A stretch of 64,000 nucleotides of DNA from Amphiscolops sp. MND2022 (Eukaryota): positions 71,426,001-71,490,000 of the forward strand of contig OZ076409.1 in the NCBI GenBank assembly GCA_964187785.1. Reading direction: 5' to 3'. The first letter of the stretch is position 1, and every line of letters starts with the position of its first letter. Positions 10,994-25,704 of the stretch are shown here, one piece after another. A program made the position numbers and the translations under genes. The notes beneath the pieces are model-generated. The model saw only the letters and a list, made by a program, of their open reading frames with translations. It searched no databases and had not been told where the DNA came from.

Positions 10994-12980
10994 CTAGGTG
11001 GGCGGGGGTAATTCCCCAACAAAAATTACGGCCGGCGGGTTGGGTCCTGCCGGACGTCAAATAGCAAAGAATATCTAGTAGGAAACGGCGACACAGAATC
11101 GCGATTTTTAAATCTAACCACAATTTTTTGGACTTGGAGTGCATGCGGCCCTGAAATGCCCATACGAATCGAAGTTCCTGCTGACGTTAAGCGATTGAAA
11201 TAATATATAAAAAGTTATGGCCCATTTTTCACTCACAAAGAAGGGTAAAATGAGGAAATTTTTAACAAAGTCGCTGATAACTCAAAATGTGTTAATTTTT
11301 GGACATTGACTGTGAAACAAGCTTGGAACCTTCATTTCGTGGCTGTGGCATTGCACTGAACACAAAAGATGTAAAGTTTTTACATTTTTTGAAAATTCGA
11401 CATTTTTGAAATTTTTTTCACTACTATCAGTACCCCATATGTCAAAAACGCCTCAGAAAAAAATTTTTATTTGCTTTAAAATGGAAACCTTGGTATCCAT
11501 GGTTTCTGTCGGATCCTACTCGCAGTCAAACACCCAACAGTTTGCATCCAATGTGGAAATAAAAATTTTTTCGGGGTCATAAGCGTTTCACAAGGATTTC
11601 TCAACTTAGTTTCAATTTACAAATTGGTCACATTGAACACATTATTTTCATCGAAGCGCGTCAGATACCGCCCTAAAGCTCACGAATGGTCCTACTGGCA
11701 ACGTAGCAACCATTTATAGTAATATGAAAGATTAAAAAAAAATTTTTCACCCGGTCTTTAGTCATTTTTCAGTCATTCGGAACTTAACTTAGAAAAATTT
11801 CGACCAAAATACCCATTTTTTGTCAGGTCGAAAAAGCAAATTCAGATTTTTAAGCAAAATTATTAACCCTGACGTAACCCATGGGGCCCATGATACTCAA
11901 AACAACGATTGACACTGGTATCAATGGCTCCAATAACATATGAGTCGCGATCGGACGTTATTTTGAGCAATACGTCTCAATTGAGGTAAAGATCTCGCAA
12001 CCCAGCGATCACTGTGAAATGTGATTTCATCAAAAATTTACTCATATTTGTCAATCACTATGTGCACAGAATGCGTAGGGTGCGTTTCAGCACTATAATG
12101 AGGTTTTTGAAGGCATCGAGTTGCTCAAGGGGTGGTATGAGACATTTTTGTCCCATATACTACTGTATTTTCCAAAATTTTTAGCCCAATATCTGGAAAT
12201 ACAAACTTGACAAAATATTTTCAATTACTTTATTCAAAGGTTACAATACAGATGAACACTGTGGTTGATCAGAAACTTTCATCTCTTTCTTTTTCCGAAA
12301 TATTTCCCTTCGCATGTGTTACATTTGTAGCAGAAAAAAAAATCGAAACTAAAAAATACGCTATTTTGCTAATATACAATCGCAATGATTGTGCCTAAAA
12401 ACTCTTTAAACACTTCTAACGCAACCTTACGCACCCAAAATGATCGAAAATGCTATTCACAATGGTGACATGTGCTCTTTCAACGATCCTGGCTGGACAA
12501 GGTTTGCATATTTTTCAAGTACCTGTCAGCTGAATCTTGTGATAGCCTTTTAAGTTGGCCTTGTGTCAACTTGGGAAGGCTATCACATCAAACAACCATC
12601 AACAAAAATAATTTTTGTTTATTGGATATTACAGTTGATACCTTATTTCGTGATTCTATACTACCGTTAGTATATTCCATGAGGTCACCTTACGATTGCA
12701 TTCAGACTTTGATGAAAACCTATGAACTCAAAGTCACATTTATATATTTTTTGCCCAAAAAAATCATCAAAAACATCTAATATATATAAAATTGAGACTT
12801 TAACTTTTTTACGTTTCAAGTTTCTGCCGTTATTAGGCCCATCAACTTCCTACAGCCACGCTCTCTGTCATACCGTACAACGCCACATAGTGTTGCGACG
12901 TGCACAGTCTGTGGGCATGCCGAGGCATGCCCTTCGACGACGTATGCCGAATACCGCGGGCCTACGCCCGCGCTCTCCGG
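10994..12980 (+). mobile_element. Cassette U4 (1987 bp, 2.0-kb class)
   Basis: Junction-bounded; type A hairpin ~12538-12587; core hairpin at 12913. Confidence 0.6.
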
Positions 12981-15900
12981 CTAGGTGGGCGGGGGTAATT
13001 CCCCAACTAAAAAATCGGCCGGCGGGTAGGGTCCTGCCGGCCGTCCAAAATCAAAAATATACTAGTAGAAAACGGCCGGTCAAACGAGCTATTTTTTTAT
13101 TTAACCGTTAGAATTTGGGTTTAGATTGCATGCGGCCATGAAATGGCCATACGAATCGAAGTTCCTGCTGACGTTTTGCGATTGAAACACTTTATAAAAA
13201 GTTATGGCCAATTTCTCAGTCACCTAGAAGGGCAAAATGAGGAAAATTTTAACAAAGTCGCTGATAACTCAAAATGTGTTATTTTTTGGACTTTGACTGT
13301 GAAACAAGCTTGGAACCTTCATTTCGTGGCTGTGGCATTGCACTGAACGCAAAAGATGTAAAGTTTTTACATTTTTTGAAAATTTGATATTTTTGAAATT
13401 TTTTTCACTACTATCAGTACCATATATGTCAAAAACACCTCAGAAAAAAAATTTTATTTGCTTTAACTTGGAAACCTTGGTATCCATGGTTTCTGTCGGA
13501 ACCTACTCGCAACCAAACAACCAACAGTTTGCATCCAATGTGAAAATAAAAAATTTTTCTGGGTCATAAGCGTTTCACAAGGATTTCTCAACTTAGTATT
13601 AATTTACAAAATGGTCATTTTGAACACAATATTTTCATCGAGGCTTGTCGGCTATAGCCTTAATGTTCTAGAACGGTCCCACTGGCAACGTAGGAACCAT
13701 TTATAGTAATAGAAAGTTTAAAAAATATATTTTCACCCTGTCTTCAGTCATTTTTCAGTCATTCGGAACTTAACTTAGAAAAATTTCGACCAAAATACCC
13801 ATTTTTTGACAGATCGAAAATTCAAATTCAACTTTTTAAGCAAAATTATTAACTCTGACGTAACCAGTGGGGCTCATGATACTCAAAAACACGATTGGGA
13901 CTGGTACCAATGGCTCCAATATCATATGAGCCGCGATAAGACGTTATTTTGAGCAATACGTCTCAATTGAGGGAAACATCTCGCAAGCCTGGGATCACAG
14001 TTAAAAGTGATTTCGTCAAAAATTTACTCTTTTTCGTCAATCACTATTAACACAGAGTGCGTAGGGTGAGTTTCAGCACTATAATGCGGTTTTTGAAGGA
14101 ATCGGTCTGCTCAAGGGGTGGTATGAGACATTTTTTTTTGCATGTAGTACTATATTTCTCAAAACTTTTAGCCCATTATCTCGAAAAGCTCACTTCGCAA
14201 ATTACTTTCAGTTACTCTTTTCGAAGCTTAGAATATATATGAACACTGTGGTTGATCAGAAACTCTTGACTATTTTGTTTTTGGAAAAAAACTGCCTTGC
14301 ATGTGTTACATTAGTGGCAGGAAAAATACCAGTAGCTCCAAAAATCACAATTTTGGACGGACAGACCTGCAATGATGCAAAGCAAAAACGTTTCAACAAC
14401 TTCTGGCGCCACTTTTTTTACCCAAGAGGTTCGAAATTACTATTAACAATGCTGACATTCGCTATAAATAAGATCGAGGTCAATTTACTAACACTTAGGT
14501 TATACATTTATATCTGAGAAACCATTCTTTGTCAGGTCGCAATTTTAAATTTAGTTTGGGAAGCAATACTTTTCACTCTGAAGCAAACCGTTGGGCCCAA
14601 ATTACTCAAAAACTACAAAAAGACTGTCACCATATGCCCTAATAGCATATGAGATTCGACCGTATGTTTTTAACACAAAAACTCTCATCCGAAGTAAACA
14701 TGTTGAAAGCCTTGAATCACCGTGAGAAATGATTTCATCAAAAAATATTCCTTTTTCGTCAATCTTTATCTACACAGAACACGTTGTGTCATTTTCAGCC
14801 GTGAAATGAGCTTCTACCGTAATATGGGTTGCTCAAGGTGTTATATAAGACAAAAACTTCCTCTTTTCTACTATCTTCTTCAAATATTTCAACCCTTTGT
14901 CACAAGAAGTTAATATTCAAAATCTCTTTGAAATGTTTCTTTAGGTTGGGGTGAAGTGTTAGAACAATAATTATGATCGAAGAATGATAGTATTGGTGTT
15001 TGGACCATGTCCGGATGAACAAATTGCAAAATCATGAAAAATTTCTTACCATTTTTGGTCATTTTGTCAGTACTAAAAATGTTAGCTGAAAAAGAATTTT
15101 TTTGATGGCACCATTGGATTCCTCTCAAAAAGTTAGCTATATGAACTGTGTAATAACCCCGTATCTTTTCAATTTAAATAATTTTAAAAAGCAAACTTTT
15201 TTGACTAAAATCCTAAAAATCATACCATTTCCTAAAAAATTTCAAATGCCCCCCATTTGACGTATAAGAATAGCACAGAAAACTATCACATACCGATCGA
15301 CTCTACTTCCATTGTAGATTACCAGAATTTTGTTTAGAACAATTTTTGACGGATGCAAAAAAAATTTAAACCCTCCAAAAAAGGGCCAAAATTACACGAA
15401 AAAATTGACCTTAAAATTTTAAAATGTCGAAAAATCATCAAAACCACAGCTTCTTGGGGTTCTATCAACTCCACGTGGTCCACAGAGTATGTTAAAACAA
15501 GTTTTACCCGTATTTGAGCAATATGTGAAAAAGCCGACTTTTTTGGGAATGAAAAACATACCATTTCCTAAAAAATTTCAAACGCACCCCATTTGACGTA
15601 TAAGAATAGCACAGAAAACTATCACATACCGATCGACTCTAGTTCCATTGTAGGTTACCAGAATCTTGTTTAGAACAATTGTTGACGGATGCAAAAAAAA
15701 ATTAAACCCTCCAAAAATGGGCCAAAATTACACGAAAAAATTGACCTTAAATTTTTAAAATGTCAAAAAATCATCAAAACCACAGCTTCTTGGGGTTCTA
15801 TCAACTCCACGTGGTCCACAGAGTATGCTAAAACAGGTTTTACCTGTTTCTGAGCTATATGTGAAAAAACCGACATTTTGGGGAAGAAAAACATACCATT

Positions 15901-17744
15901 TCCTAAAAAATTTCAAATGCACGCCATTTGCCGTATGAGAATAGCACAGAAAACTATCACATACCGATCAACTCTACTTCTATTGTAGATTATCAGATTT
16001 TTGTTTAGAACAAATTTTTATGGATATAAAAAATTTTTAAACCCTCCAAAAATGAGCCAAAATAACACGAAAAAATGGACCCTAAATTTTTAAAATGTCA
16101 AAAAATTATCCAAACCACAGCTTCTTGGGGTTCTATCAGCTCCACGTGGTCCACAGAGTATGCTAAAACAGGTTTTGCCCGTTTTTGAGCAGTATATGAA
16201 AAAGCCGACATTTTTGGGGAAGAAAAACATACCATTTCCTAAATAATTTCAAATGCAGGCAATTTGCCGTATGAGAGTAGCACAGAAAACTATCACACAC
16301 CGATCAACTCTACTTCTTTTGTAGATTATCAGAATTATGTTTAGAGTAAAGTTTTATGGATATGAAAAATTTTTATACCCTCCAAAAATGGGCCAAAATG
16401 ACACGAAAAAATTGACCTCAAATTTTTAAAATGTCAAAAAATTATCCAAACCACAGCGTCTTGGCGTTCTATCAACTCCAAATGACCTTCAGAGTATACC
16501 AAACCAGGTATTGCCAATCTTTTGAGCAATATTTAAAAACACCGACTATTTGGCAAGAACACCATAATATGTTCCATATAAGAAGTGAATCATTCCACAT
16601 ATATACCCGGTCTAATATTTCCAAATTAGCGATAACATTTATACATGATGGTTTTTGAAAGTGAGCTTCATAAGAGGTTGAGATGTAATAATACGTAAAT
16701 GGACCCTAAGTTTCATTGAAATCTCAATGGAATACGTCCAATCAACTTCAATCCTAACTATTATATAACAAAAAACACTTGAGTACATTCCATCTCCCCA
16801 TCGGGGGAGATGAGAATGTACTTTTCAAAAGCCAAAAACTTCGAATTTTAAATCTTTTGTAACATTGTATGTAACTGTTGAAACGATGAACGAATAAAAA
16901 TGCTTCTAGTACCTTCATCAATTTTTGCTTCAGCTCCTATTTCTGCAGAACAAAACCAAAAGACACACTTACAGCAGTTAAGTTCGATTGTATAACTCAG
17001 TGAATAAAGGTATGACTGAGGAAGTTCACAAGTTGTTTCAAAAGTTTCCGGCCTTCCAAAATCATGAAACGTCCACACAACCAAGATAGCAAGTGAAAGA
17101 ATGCTGAATGCACCTTATTAGATGAGATAAATAATGTGTGGAACTTGCCATTATCTCAAGATGACGTTGATTTATGATCTTTTAAGGATAGTTCGATATG
17201 TGACCACAATAGTGGAAAACTTATTACTATTTGAAGAACACCGTGGAAAGCGTTCAGAAAGGACAGTATATTTGTTTCGAGCATGCATGCGTGTGTTCCT
17301 TTGGTGACGTTAGCTTAGTGTACATGACGGAGGTATTCGAGAGATTATGATAGAGTTTACTCACAAGTCTTTGTTTTTTTAAACTTTCTATGCCGTTGAG
17401 TACATTCGTAAGGTACATCCATCCCCTTCTCTGGGAATGTACGTTTGCCAAATGACTGTCATCCAAAATTCGTAATCCGGACGAGTTTAACTACATAAAC
17501 ATGTGATGAGCGTTTTCAATTCACAACCGAATAACATTTTTTTTCTCGAAAATGATGATGGTTTTGATTTTGATGTCTTCTACTTTTATCATCATGCAAA
17601 CGACCTTACCATGTCTCTCTTCTGTCGTCATTTGTACAACGCCACATAGCGTTCCGACGCCCACCGTCTGTGGGCATGCCGAGGCATGCCCTTCGACGAC
17701 GTATGCCAAATGAGCCATACCCGCACTCTGGAGTGCGGTAGCGG
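12981..17744 (+). mobile_element. Cassette U5 (4764 bp, 4.76-kb class)
   Basis: Junction-bounded; type B hairpin 16782-16822; 336-bp tandem; core hairpin at 17672. Confidence 0.6.
15190..16560 (+). repeat. ~336-bp tandem repeat, about 4 copies, inside U5
   Basis: Same repeat unit; CATACCATTTCCT near 15221, 15557, 15892 and 16228. Confidence 0.85.
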
Positions 17745-19740
17745 CTAGGTGGGCGGTAGGTTTCCCGTAGTCAAAAAAAATTGCAGGCCGGGGTAGGGGC
17801 CCTGGCCGAGGCAAAATACCATAGAAAAGGTACCAAATTATGTGAGTTTAGAAAATTGAGCCATACAAATTCTCTGAAAATTGCTGTGTGTACCCTATCG
17901 CCCAATCTAAGAACTTTTTCCTGCTGACGTTTTGCTCTCCAAATGTTACTAATATGACTTTTTGAAAAATTTATCTCTGGTTTTTCATCAAAAATAGTGA
18001 TTTTGGCAATTTTTGTGAAATATCTCTGATTGCATTAATTTTTGGACGTTGACTGTGAAACAAGGTCGGAACCATCATTTCGTGACCATGGCAATGCACT
18101 AAACACAAAAGATGTAGAGTTTTTAAATTTTTTGAAAATTTGACATTTTTAAATTTTTTTCACTACTATCAGTACCATATATGTCAAAATAACCTCAGAA
18201 AAAATTTTTTATTTTATTTAATTTAGAATCCTTGCTATCCATGGTTTCTGTTAGTATCTACTCGCTGCCAGAGACTCAACAGTTAGCATCGAATCTGAAA
18301 TTAAAAATTTTTTCGAGGTCATAGGTGTTTCACAAGGATTTCACAACATAGTCTTGTTTTACAAATAGGTCATTTACAACATCATATTTTCATCGAGGCA
18401 TGTCGGATATAGTCTTATTGCTCACGAACGGTCCTACTGGCAACGTAATAACCATTTATAGAAATATAAAGTTTTAAAAAAAATCTTTTCACCCGTTCTT
18501 CAGACATTTTTTAGACATTCGGAACTTAACTTAGAAAAATTTCGTCTCAAAAACCCATTTTTCGTCAGGTCGAAATTTGAAATTCAGCTTTTGAAGCACA
18601 AATATGCACTCTGACGTAACCAGTAGGGCCAATGATACTCAACAACACCATTGAGACTGGTATCAGTCGCTCCAAAAACATATGAGCCGTGATAAGACGT
18701 TTTTTCAACAATACTGTTCAATTGATGTAAACATCGCGGAAGCCTTGGATTACAGTGAAAGTTGATTTGAACAAAAATTTACTCTTTTTTGTCAATCACT
18801 ATGTAGACAGAATGCGTAGGGTAAGTTTCAGCACTAATATGAAGATTTGGAAGGAATCGGGTTGCTCAAGGCGTGGTATGAGACACTTTTTTCTCATATA
18901 CTAGTGTTTTTCAAAAACTTTTCGTTAAATATCTCGAAAAGCAAACATTAAAAAATACTTTCTGATATCTAATTTAAATCCTAGAATATAAATGAATCAT
19001 GTGGTTGATCAGAAACTCTCTACTTTAATGTTTCAAGAAAAAAATCCCTTCCCATGTTTTATATCTGTAGCAGTAAAAAAAGTAGACGCTAAAAAATACG
19101 CTATTTTGCTAAGATTGAATTGCAATTGTTTAGCTTTAAAACTCTTTTAATACTTCTAACGCCACCTTAAGGACTCAAGATGATTGAAAATGTCAATCAC
19201 AATGCTGACATGTAGTCTTTCTACGATCCTGGCTGGACAGATTTTGATTATTTTTCAAGTACCTGTTAACTGAATCTCGTGATAGCCTTCTAAGTTGACC
19301 TTCTGCGTCAACTTGAGAAGGCTATCACTAAAATAAACTAAATTCTGATTTGTTTGTTTGTTTGTTCCTAACGTCTTTTGGTACGATCGTCTTACGGTTA
19401 GTTGGTTAAACCAGGTCGCTTATACTTCCACAATTTTCGACCACCGTCCGTGTATTCGGTTCACACGACTTTACATTTTCAGTCGTTTGTTTTCGATAAC
19501 TATCACAATGTACTGCCATTAGCGCAAAATTCATACTAGTACTTGGTTGGTTGAAATACTTAAACAACTGTTTCCATAGTTATTCGCGGTGATGGTACAA
19601 TCCGCGCGCCTACATACCTACGGCGTCTTGTCACTACAACGCCACATAGGAAACAACGCCCATAGTCCGTAGGCATGCCGAGGCATGCCTTTCGACGACG
19701 CGCGCCAAATCTATGCGCGCCCGCACTTGTGCGGTAGCTG
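17745..19740 (+). mobile_element. Cassette U6 (1996 bp, divergent 2.0-kb class)
   Basis: Divergent head and an unrelated-looking 3' segment (~19330-19630) but the same length class; type A hairpin 19279-19328; core hairpin at 19671. Confidence 0.6.
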
Positions 19741-21729
19741 CTAGGTGGGCGGGGGTAATTCCCCAACAAAAAAATCGGCCGGCGGGTCGGGTCCTGCCGG
19801 CCGTCCAAAATCAAAATCCTCCTAGTAGAAAACGGCATGTCAAACGAGCTATTTTTTTATTTAACCATACGAATTTCACCATTTTTTGCATGCGGCCCTG
19901 AAATGGCCATACGAGACGAAGTTCCTGCTGTCGTTTTGCGATGTAAATGTTTTATAAAAAGTTATGGCCGATTTGTCATTCACCTAGAAGGGTAAAATGA
20001 GGAAAATTTTAACAAAGTCGCTGATAACTCAAAATGTGTTAATTTTTGGACTTTGACTGTGAAACAAGCTTGGAACCTTCATTTCGTGGCTGGGGCATTG
20101 GACTGAACACAAAAGATGTCAAGTTTTTACGTTTTTTGAAAATTCGACATTTTTGAAATTTTTTTCACTACTATCAGTACCCCATATGTCAAAAACACCT
20201 CAGAAAAAAATTTTTATTTGCTTTAAATTGGAAACCTTGGTATCCATGGTTTCTGTCGGAACCTACTCGCAGCCAAACACCCAACAGTTTGCATCCAATG
20301 TGAAAATAAAAATTTTTTCGGGGTCATAAGCGTTTCACAAGGATTTCTCAACTTAGTATTAATTTACAAAATGGTCATTTTGAACATAATATTTTCATCG
20401 AGGCTTGTCGGCTATAGCCTTAATGTTCTAGAACGGTCCCACTGGCAACGTAGCAACCATTTATAGTAATATAAAAGGTTAAAAAATTTTTTTCACCCGG
20501 TCTTTAGTCATTTTTCAGACATTCGGAACATAACTTAGAAAATTTTCGACCCAAATACCCATTTTTTGTCAGGTCGAAACTTAAAATTCAGCTATTAAAG
20601 CAAAATTATTTACTCTGACGTAACCAGTGGGGCCCATGATACTCAAAAACACCATTGGCACTGGTACCAATGGCTCCAATAACATATGAGTCGCGATAAG
20701 ACGTTATTTTGAGCAATACGTCTCAATTGAGGTAAAGATCTCGCAAGCCAGCGATCACTGTGAAATGTGATTTCATCAAAAATTTACTCATTTTTGTCAA
20801 TCACTATGTGCACAGAGTGCGTAGGGTGAGTTCCAGCACTATAATGAGGTTTTTGAAGGCATCGGGTTGCTCAAGGGGTGGTATGAGACATTTTTTTCCT
20901 ATATACTACTGTGTTTTCCAAAACTTTTAGCCCATTATCAGGAAAAAATAATTTGACAAAATACTTCCAACTACTTTATTCAAAGGTTACAATATAGATG
21001 AACACTGTGGTTGATCAGAAACTTTCATCTCTTTCGTTTTCCGAAATAATTCCCTTCGAATGTGTTACATTTGTAGCCGAAAAAAAAACCGAAACTAAAA
21101 AATACGCGATTTTGCTGAGATAGAACCGGGATAATTGTGTCTAAATACTCTTTAAAAACTTCTAACGCGACCTTACGGACCCAAAAGGATTAAAAATGCC
21201 ACTCACAATGCTGACATGTGCTCTTTCGACGATCCTGGTTGGACAAGTTTTGCAAATTTTTCAAGTACCTGTTAACTGAATTTTGGGATAGCCTTTTAAG
21301 TTGGCCTTGTGTCAACTTGGGAAGGCTATCACATCAAAAAACTTTCAACAAAAATACTTTTTGTTTATTGGATATTGCTGTCGATACCTTTTTTTGTGAT
21401 TCTATACTACCGTTAGTATATTCCATCAGGTCACCAGACGATTGTATTCAGTATTTGATAAAAACTTATGAACTCGAAGTCTTTTTCATATGTTTTTTGT
21501 TCAAAAAAATTATCAAAAAAATTTATATTATAAACAATTGAGTCTTTAACTTTTTTATTTCCCAATTTTCCAGTGTTATTAGGCTCATCAACTTCCTACT
21601 GCCACATCCAGACATTAGTACAACGCCACAAAGTGTTGCGACGTCCACCGTCTGTGGGCATGCCGAGGCATGCCCTTCGACGACGTATGCCAAAAATAGC
21701 GCCCTCCGCGGTCACTACCGCGGTAGCAG
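19741..21729 (+). mobile_element. Cassette U7 (1989 bp, 2.0-kb class)
   Basis: Junction-bounded; type A hairpin ~21289-21332; core hairpin at 21656. Confidence 0.6.
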
Positions 21730-23712
21730 CTAGGTGGGCGGGGGTAATTCCCCAACAAAAATTACGGCCGGCGGGTTGGGTCCTGCCGGACGTCAAATAG
21801 CAAAGAATATCTAGTAGGAAACGGCGACACAGAATCGCGATTTTTAAATCTAACCACAATTTTTTGGACTTGGAGTGCATGCGGCCCTGAAATGCCCATA
21901 CGAATCGAAGTTCCTGCTGACGTTAAGCGATTGAAATAATATATAAAAAGTTATGGCCCATTTTTCACTCACATAGAAGGGTAAAATGAGGAAATTTTTA
22001 ACAAAGTCGCTGATAACTCAAAATGTGTTAATTTTTGGACATTGACTGTGAAACAAGCTTGGAACCTTCATTTCGTGGCTGTGGCATTGCACTGAACACA
22101 AAAGATGTAAAGTTTTTACATTTTTTGAAAATTCGACATTTTTGAAATTTTTTTCACTACTATCAGTACCCCATATGTCAAAAACGCTTCAGAAAAATTT
22201 TTTTATTTGCTTTAAATTGGAAACCTTGGTATCCATGGTTTCTGTCGGAACCTACTCGCAGCCAAACACTCAACAGTTTGCATCCAATGTGAAAATAAAA
22301 TTTTTTCGGGGTCATAAGCGTTTCACAAGGATTTCTCAACTTGGTATTATTTTACAAAATGGTCATTTTGAACACAATATTTTCATCGAGGCTTGTCGGC
22401 TATAGCCTTAATGTTCTAGAACGGTCCCACTGGCAACGTAGGAACCATTTATAGTAATGGAAAGTAATAAAAAAATATTTTCACCCGGTCTTCAATCATT
22501 TTTCAGTCATTCGGAACTTAACTTAGAAAATTTTCGACCCAAATACCCATTTTTTGTCATGTCGAAAATTAAAATTCAGCTATTAAAGCAAAATTATTTA
22601 CTCTGACGTAACCAGTGGGGCCCATGATACTCAAAAACACCATTGTCACTGGTACCAATGGCTCCAATAACATATGAGTCGCGATAAGACGTTATTTTGA
22701 GCAATACGTCTCAATTGAGGTAAAGATCTCGCAAGCCAGCGATCACTGTGAAATGTGATTTCATCAAAAATTTACTCATTTTTGTCAATAACTATGTGCA
22801 CAGAGTGCGTAGGGTGAGTTCCAGCACTATAATGAGGTTTTTGAAGGCATCGGGTTGCTCAAGGGGTGGTATGAGACATTTTTTTCCTATATACTACTGT
22901 GTTTTCCAAAACTTTTAGCCCATTATCAGGGAAAAATATATTGACAAAATATTTTCAACTACTTTATTCAAAGGTTACAATATAGATGAACACTGTGGTT
23001 GATCAGAAACTTTCATCTCTTTCGTTTTCCGAAATAATTCCCTTCGAATGTGTTATATTTGTAGCCGGAAAAAAAAACGAAACTAAAAATTACGCGATTT
23101 TGCTGAGATAGAACCGGGATAATTGTGTCTAAATACTCTTTAAATACTTCTAACGCGACCTTACGGACCCAAAAGGATTAAAAATGCCACTCACAATGCT
23201 GACATGTGCTCTTTCGACGGATCCTGGCTGGACAAGTTTTGCAAATTTTTCAAGTACCTGTCAGCTAAATCTTGTGATAGCCTTTTAAGTTGGCCTTGTG
23301 TCAACTTGGGAAGGCTATCACATCAAAAAACTTTCAACAAAAATACTTTTTGTTTATTGGATATTGCTGTCGATACCTTTTTTTGTGATTCTATACTACC
23401 GTTAGTATATTCCATCAGGTCACCAGACGATTGTATTCAGTATTTGATAAAAACTTATGAACTCGAAGTCTTTTTCATATGTTTTTTGTTCAAAAAAATT
23501 ATCAAAAAAATTTATATTATAAACAATTGAGTCTTTAACTTTTTTATTTCCCAATTTTCCAGTGTTATTAGGCTCATCAACTTCCTACTGCCACATCCAG
23601 ACATTAGTACAACGCCACAAAGTGTTGCGACGTGCACGGTCCGTGGGCATGCCGAGGCATGCCCTTCGACGACGTATGCCGAATGCACTGCGGCGACGCC
23701 CGCAGTCCAAGG
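21730..23712 (+). mobile_element. Cassette U8 (1983 bp, 2.0-kb class)
   Basis: Junction-bounded; type A hairpin ~23274-23322; core hairpin at 23645. Confidence 0.6.
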
Positions 23713-25704
23713 CTAGGTGGGCGGGGGTAATTCCCCAACAAAAAAATCGGCCGGCGGGTCGGGTCCTGCCGGCCGTCCAAAATCAAAATCCTCCTAGTAG
23801 AAAACGGCATGTCAAACGAGCTATTTTTTTATTTAACCATACGAATTTCACCATTTTTTGCATGCGGCCCTGAAATGGCCATACGAGACGAAGTTCCTGC
23901 TGACGTTTTGCGATGTAAATGTTTTATAAAAAGTTATGGCCGATTTGTCATTCACCTAGAAGGGTAAAATGAGGAAAATTTTAACAAAGTCGCTGATAAC
24001 TCAAAATGTGTTAATTTTTGGACTTTGACTGTGAAACAAGCTTGGAACCTTCATTTCGTGGCTGTGGCATTGCATTGAACACAAAAGATGTAAGGTTTTT
24101 ACATTTTTTGAAAATTCGACATTTTTGAAAATTTTTTCACTACTATCAGTACCCCATATGTCAAAAACACCTCAGAAAAAAATTTTTATTTGCTTTAAAT
24201 TGAAAACCTTGGTAGCCATGGTTTCTGTCGGAACATACTCGCTGCCAAACACCCAACAGTTTGCATCCAGTGTGAATTTAAAAATTTTTTCGAGGTCTTA
24301 GGTGTTTCACAAGGATTTCTCAACTTAGTATCAAATTACAAATTGGTCATTTTAAACACATTATTTTCATCGAAGCGTGTCAGATACCGCCCTAATGCTC
24401 ACGAACGGGCCTACTGGCAACGTTGGAACAATTTATCGTAATAGAAAGTTTTAAAAAAAATTTTTCGCCCGGTCTTCAGTCATTTTTCACACATTCGGAA
24501 CTTAACTTAGAAAAATTTCAACCGAAAAACCCATTTTTTGTCAGGTCGAAAATTCAAAGTCAGCTTTTTAAGCAAAATTATCAACTCTGACGTAACCAGT
24601 GGGGCCCATGATACTCAAAACAACGATTGGGGTTGGTACCAATGGCTCCAATAACATATGAGTCGCGATAAGACGTTATTTTGAGCAATATGTCTCAATT
24701 GAGTTAAAGATCTCGCCAACCAGTGATCACTGTGAAATGTAAATTCAATAAAAATTTACTCATTTTCGTCAATCACCATGTGCACAGAGTGCGTAGGGTG
24801 AGTTCCAGCACTATAATGAGGTTTTTGAAGGCATCGGGTTGCTCAAGAGGTGGTATGAGACATTTTTTTCCTATATACTACTGTATTTTCCAAAAGTTTT
24901 AGCCCATTATCTGGAAAAACTAACTTGACAAAATACTTTCAACAACTTTTTTCAAAGGTTATAATGTAGATGAACCCAGTGGTTGATCAAAAATTTTCAT
25001 CTCTTTCGGTTTCCGAAATAATTCCCTTCGAATGTGTTACATTTGTAGCAGGAAAAAAACCGAAACTAAAAAATACGCGATTTTGCTGAGATAGAATCGC
25101 AATGGTTGCCCCTAAAATCTCTTTAAATACTTCTAACGCGACCTTATGGACCCAAAATGATTGAAAATGTCATTCACAATGCTGACATGTGCTCTTTCGA
25201 CGATCCTGGCTAGACAAGTTTTGCATATTTTTCAAGTACCTGTTAACTGAATTTTGTGATAGCCTTTTAAGTTGGCCTTGTGTCAACTTGGGAAGGCTAT
25301 CACATCAAAAAACTTTCATCAAAAATACTTTTTGTTTATACAATAATGTAGTCGATAGTTATTTTCGTGATTTTACACTACCGTTAGTACCTTCCGCCAG
25401 GTCAGCTGACGATTGCATGCTGTCTTTGATAAAAACGTATGAACACCAAGAAAATTTTGTTGTATTTTTGTTGAAGAAAAGTATTAATAAATAATAAAAA
25501 TATAATTCTAACCTTAAACAACTATAAATTTGCTTAACCGTTATTAGTCCTACCACCTATCATCAGCCTATGCCATGGCCCGGTGATTAGTAGTACAACG
25601 CCACATAAAGTAGCGACGCCCACAGTCTGTGGGCATGCCGAGGCATGCCCTTCGACGACGTATGGCAATTTTAGCGTAGCCCGCGGTCACTACCGCGGTA
25701 GCAG
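23713..25704 (+). mobile_element. Cassette U9 (1992 bp, 2.0-kb class)
   Basis: Junction-bounded; type A hairpin ~25255-25304; core hairpin at 25631. Confidence 0.6.
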
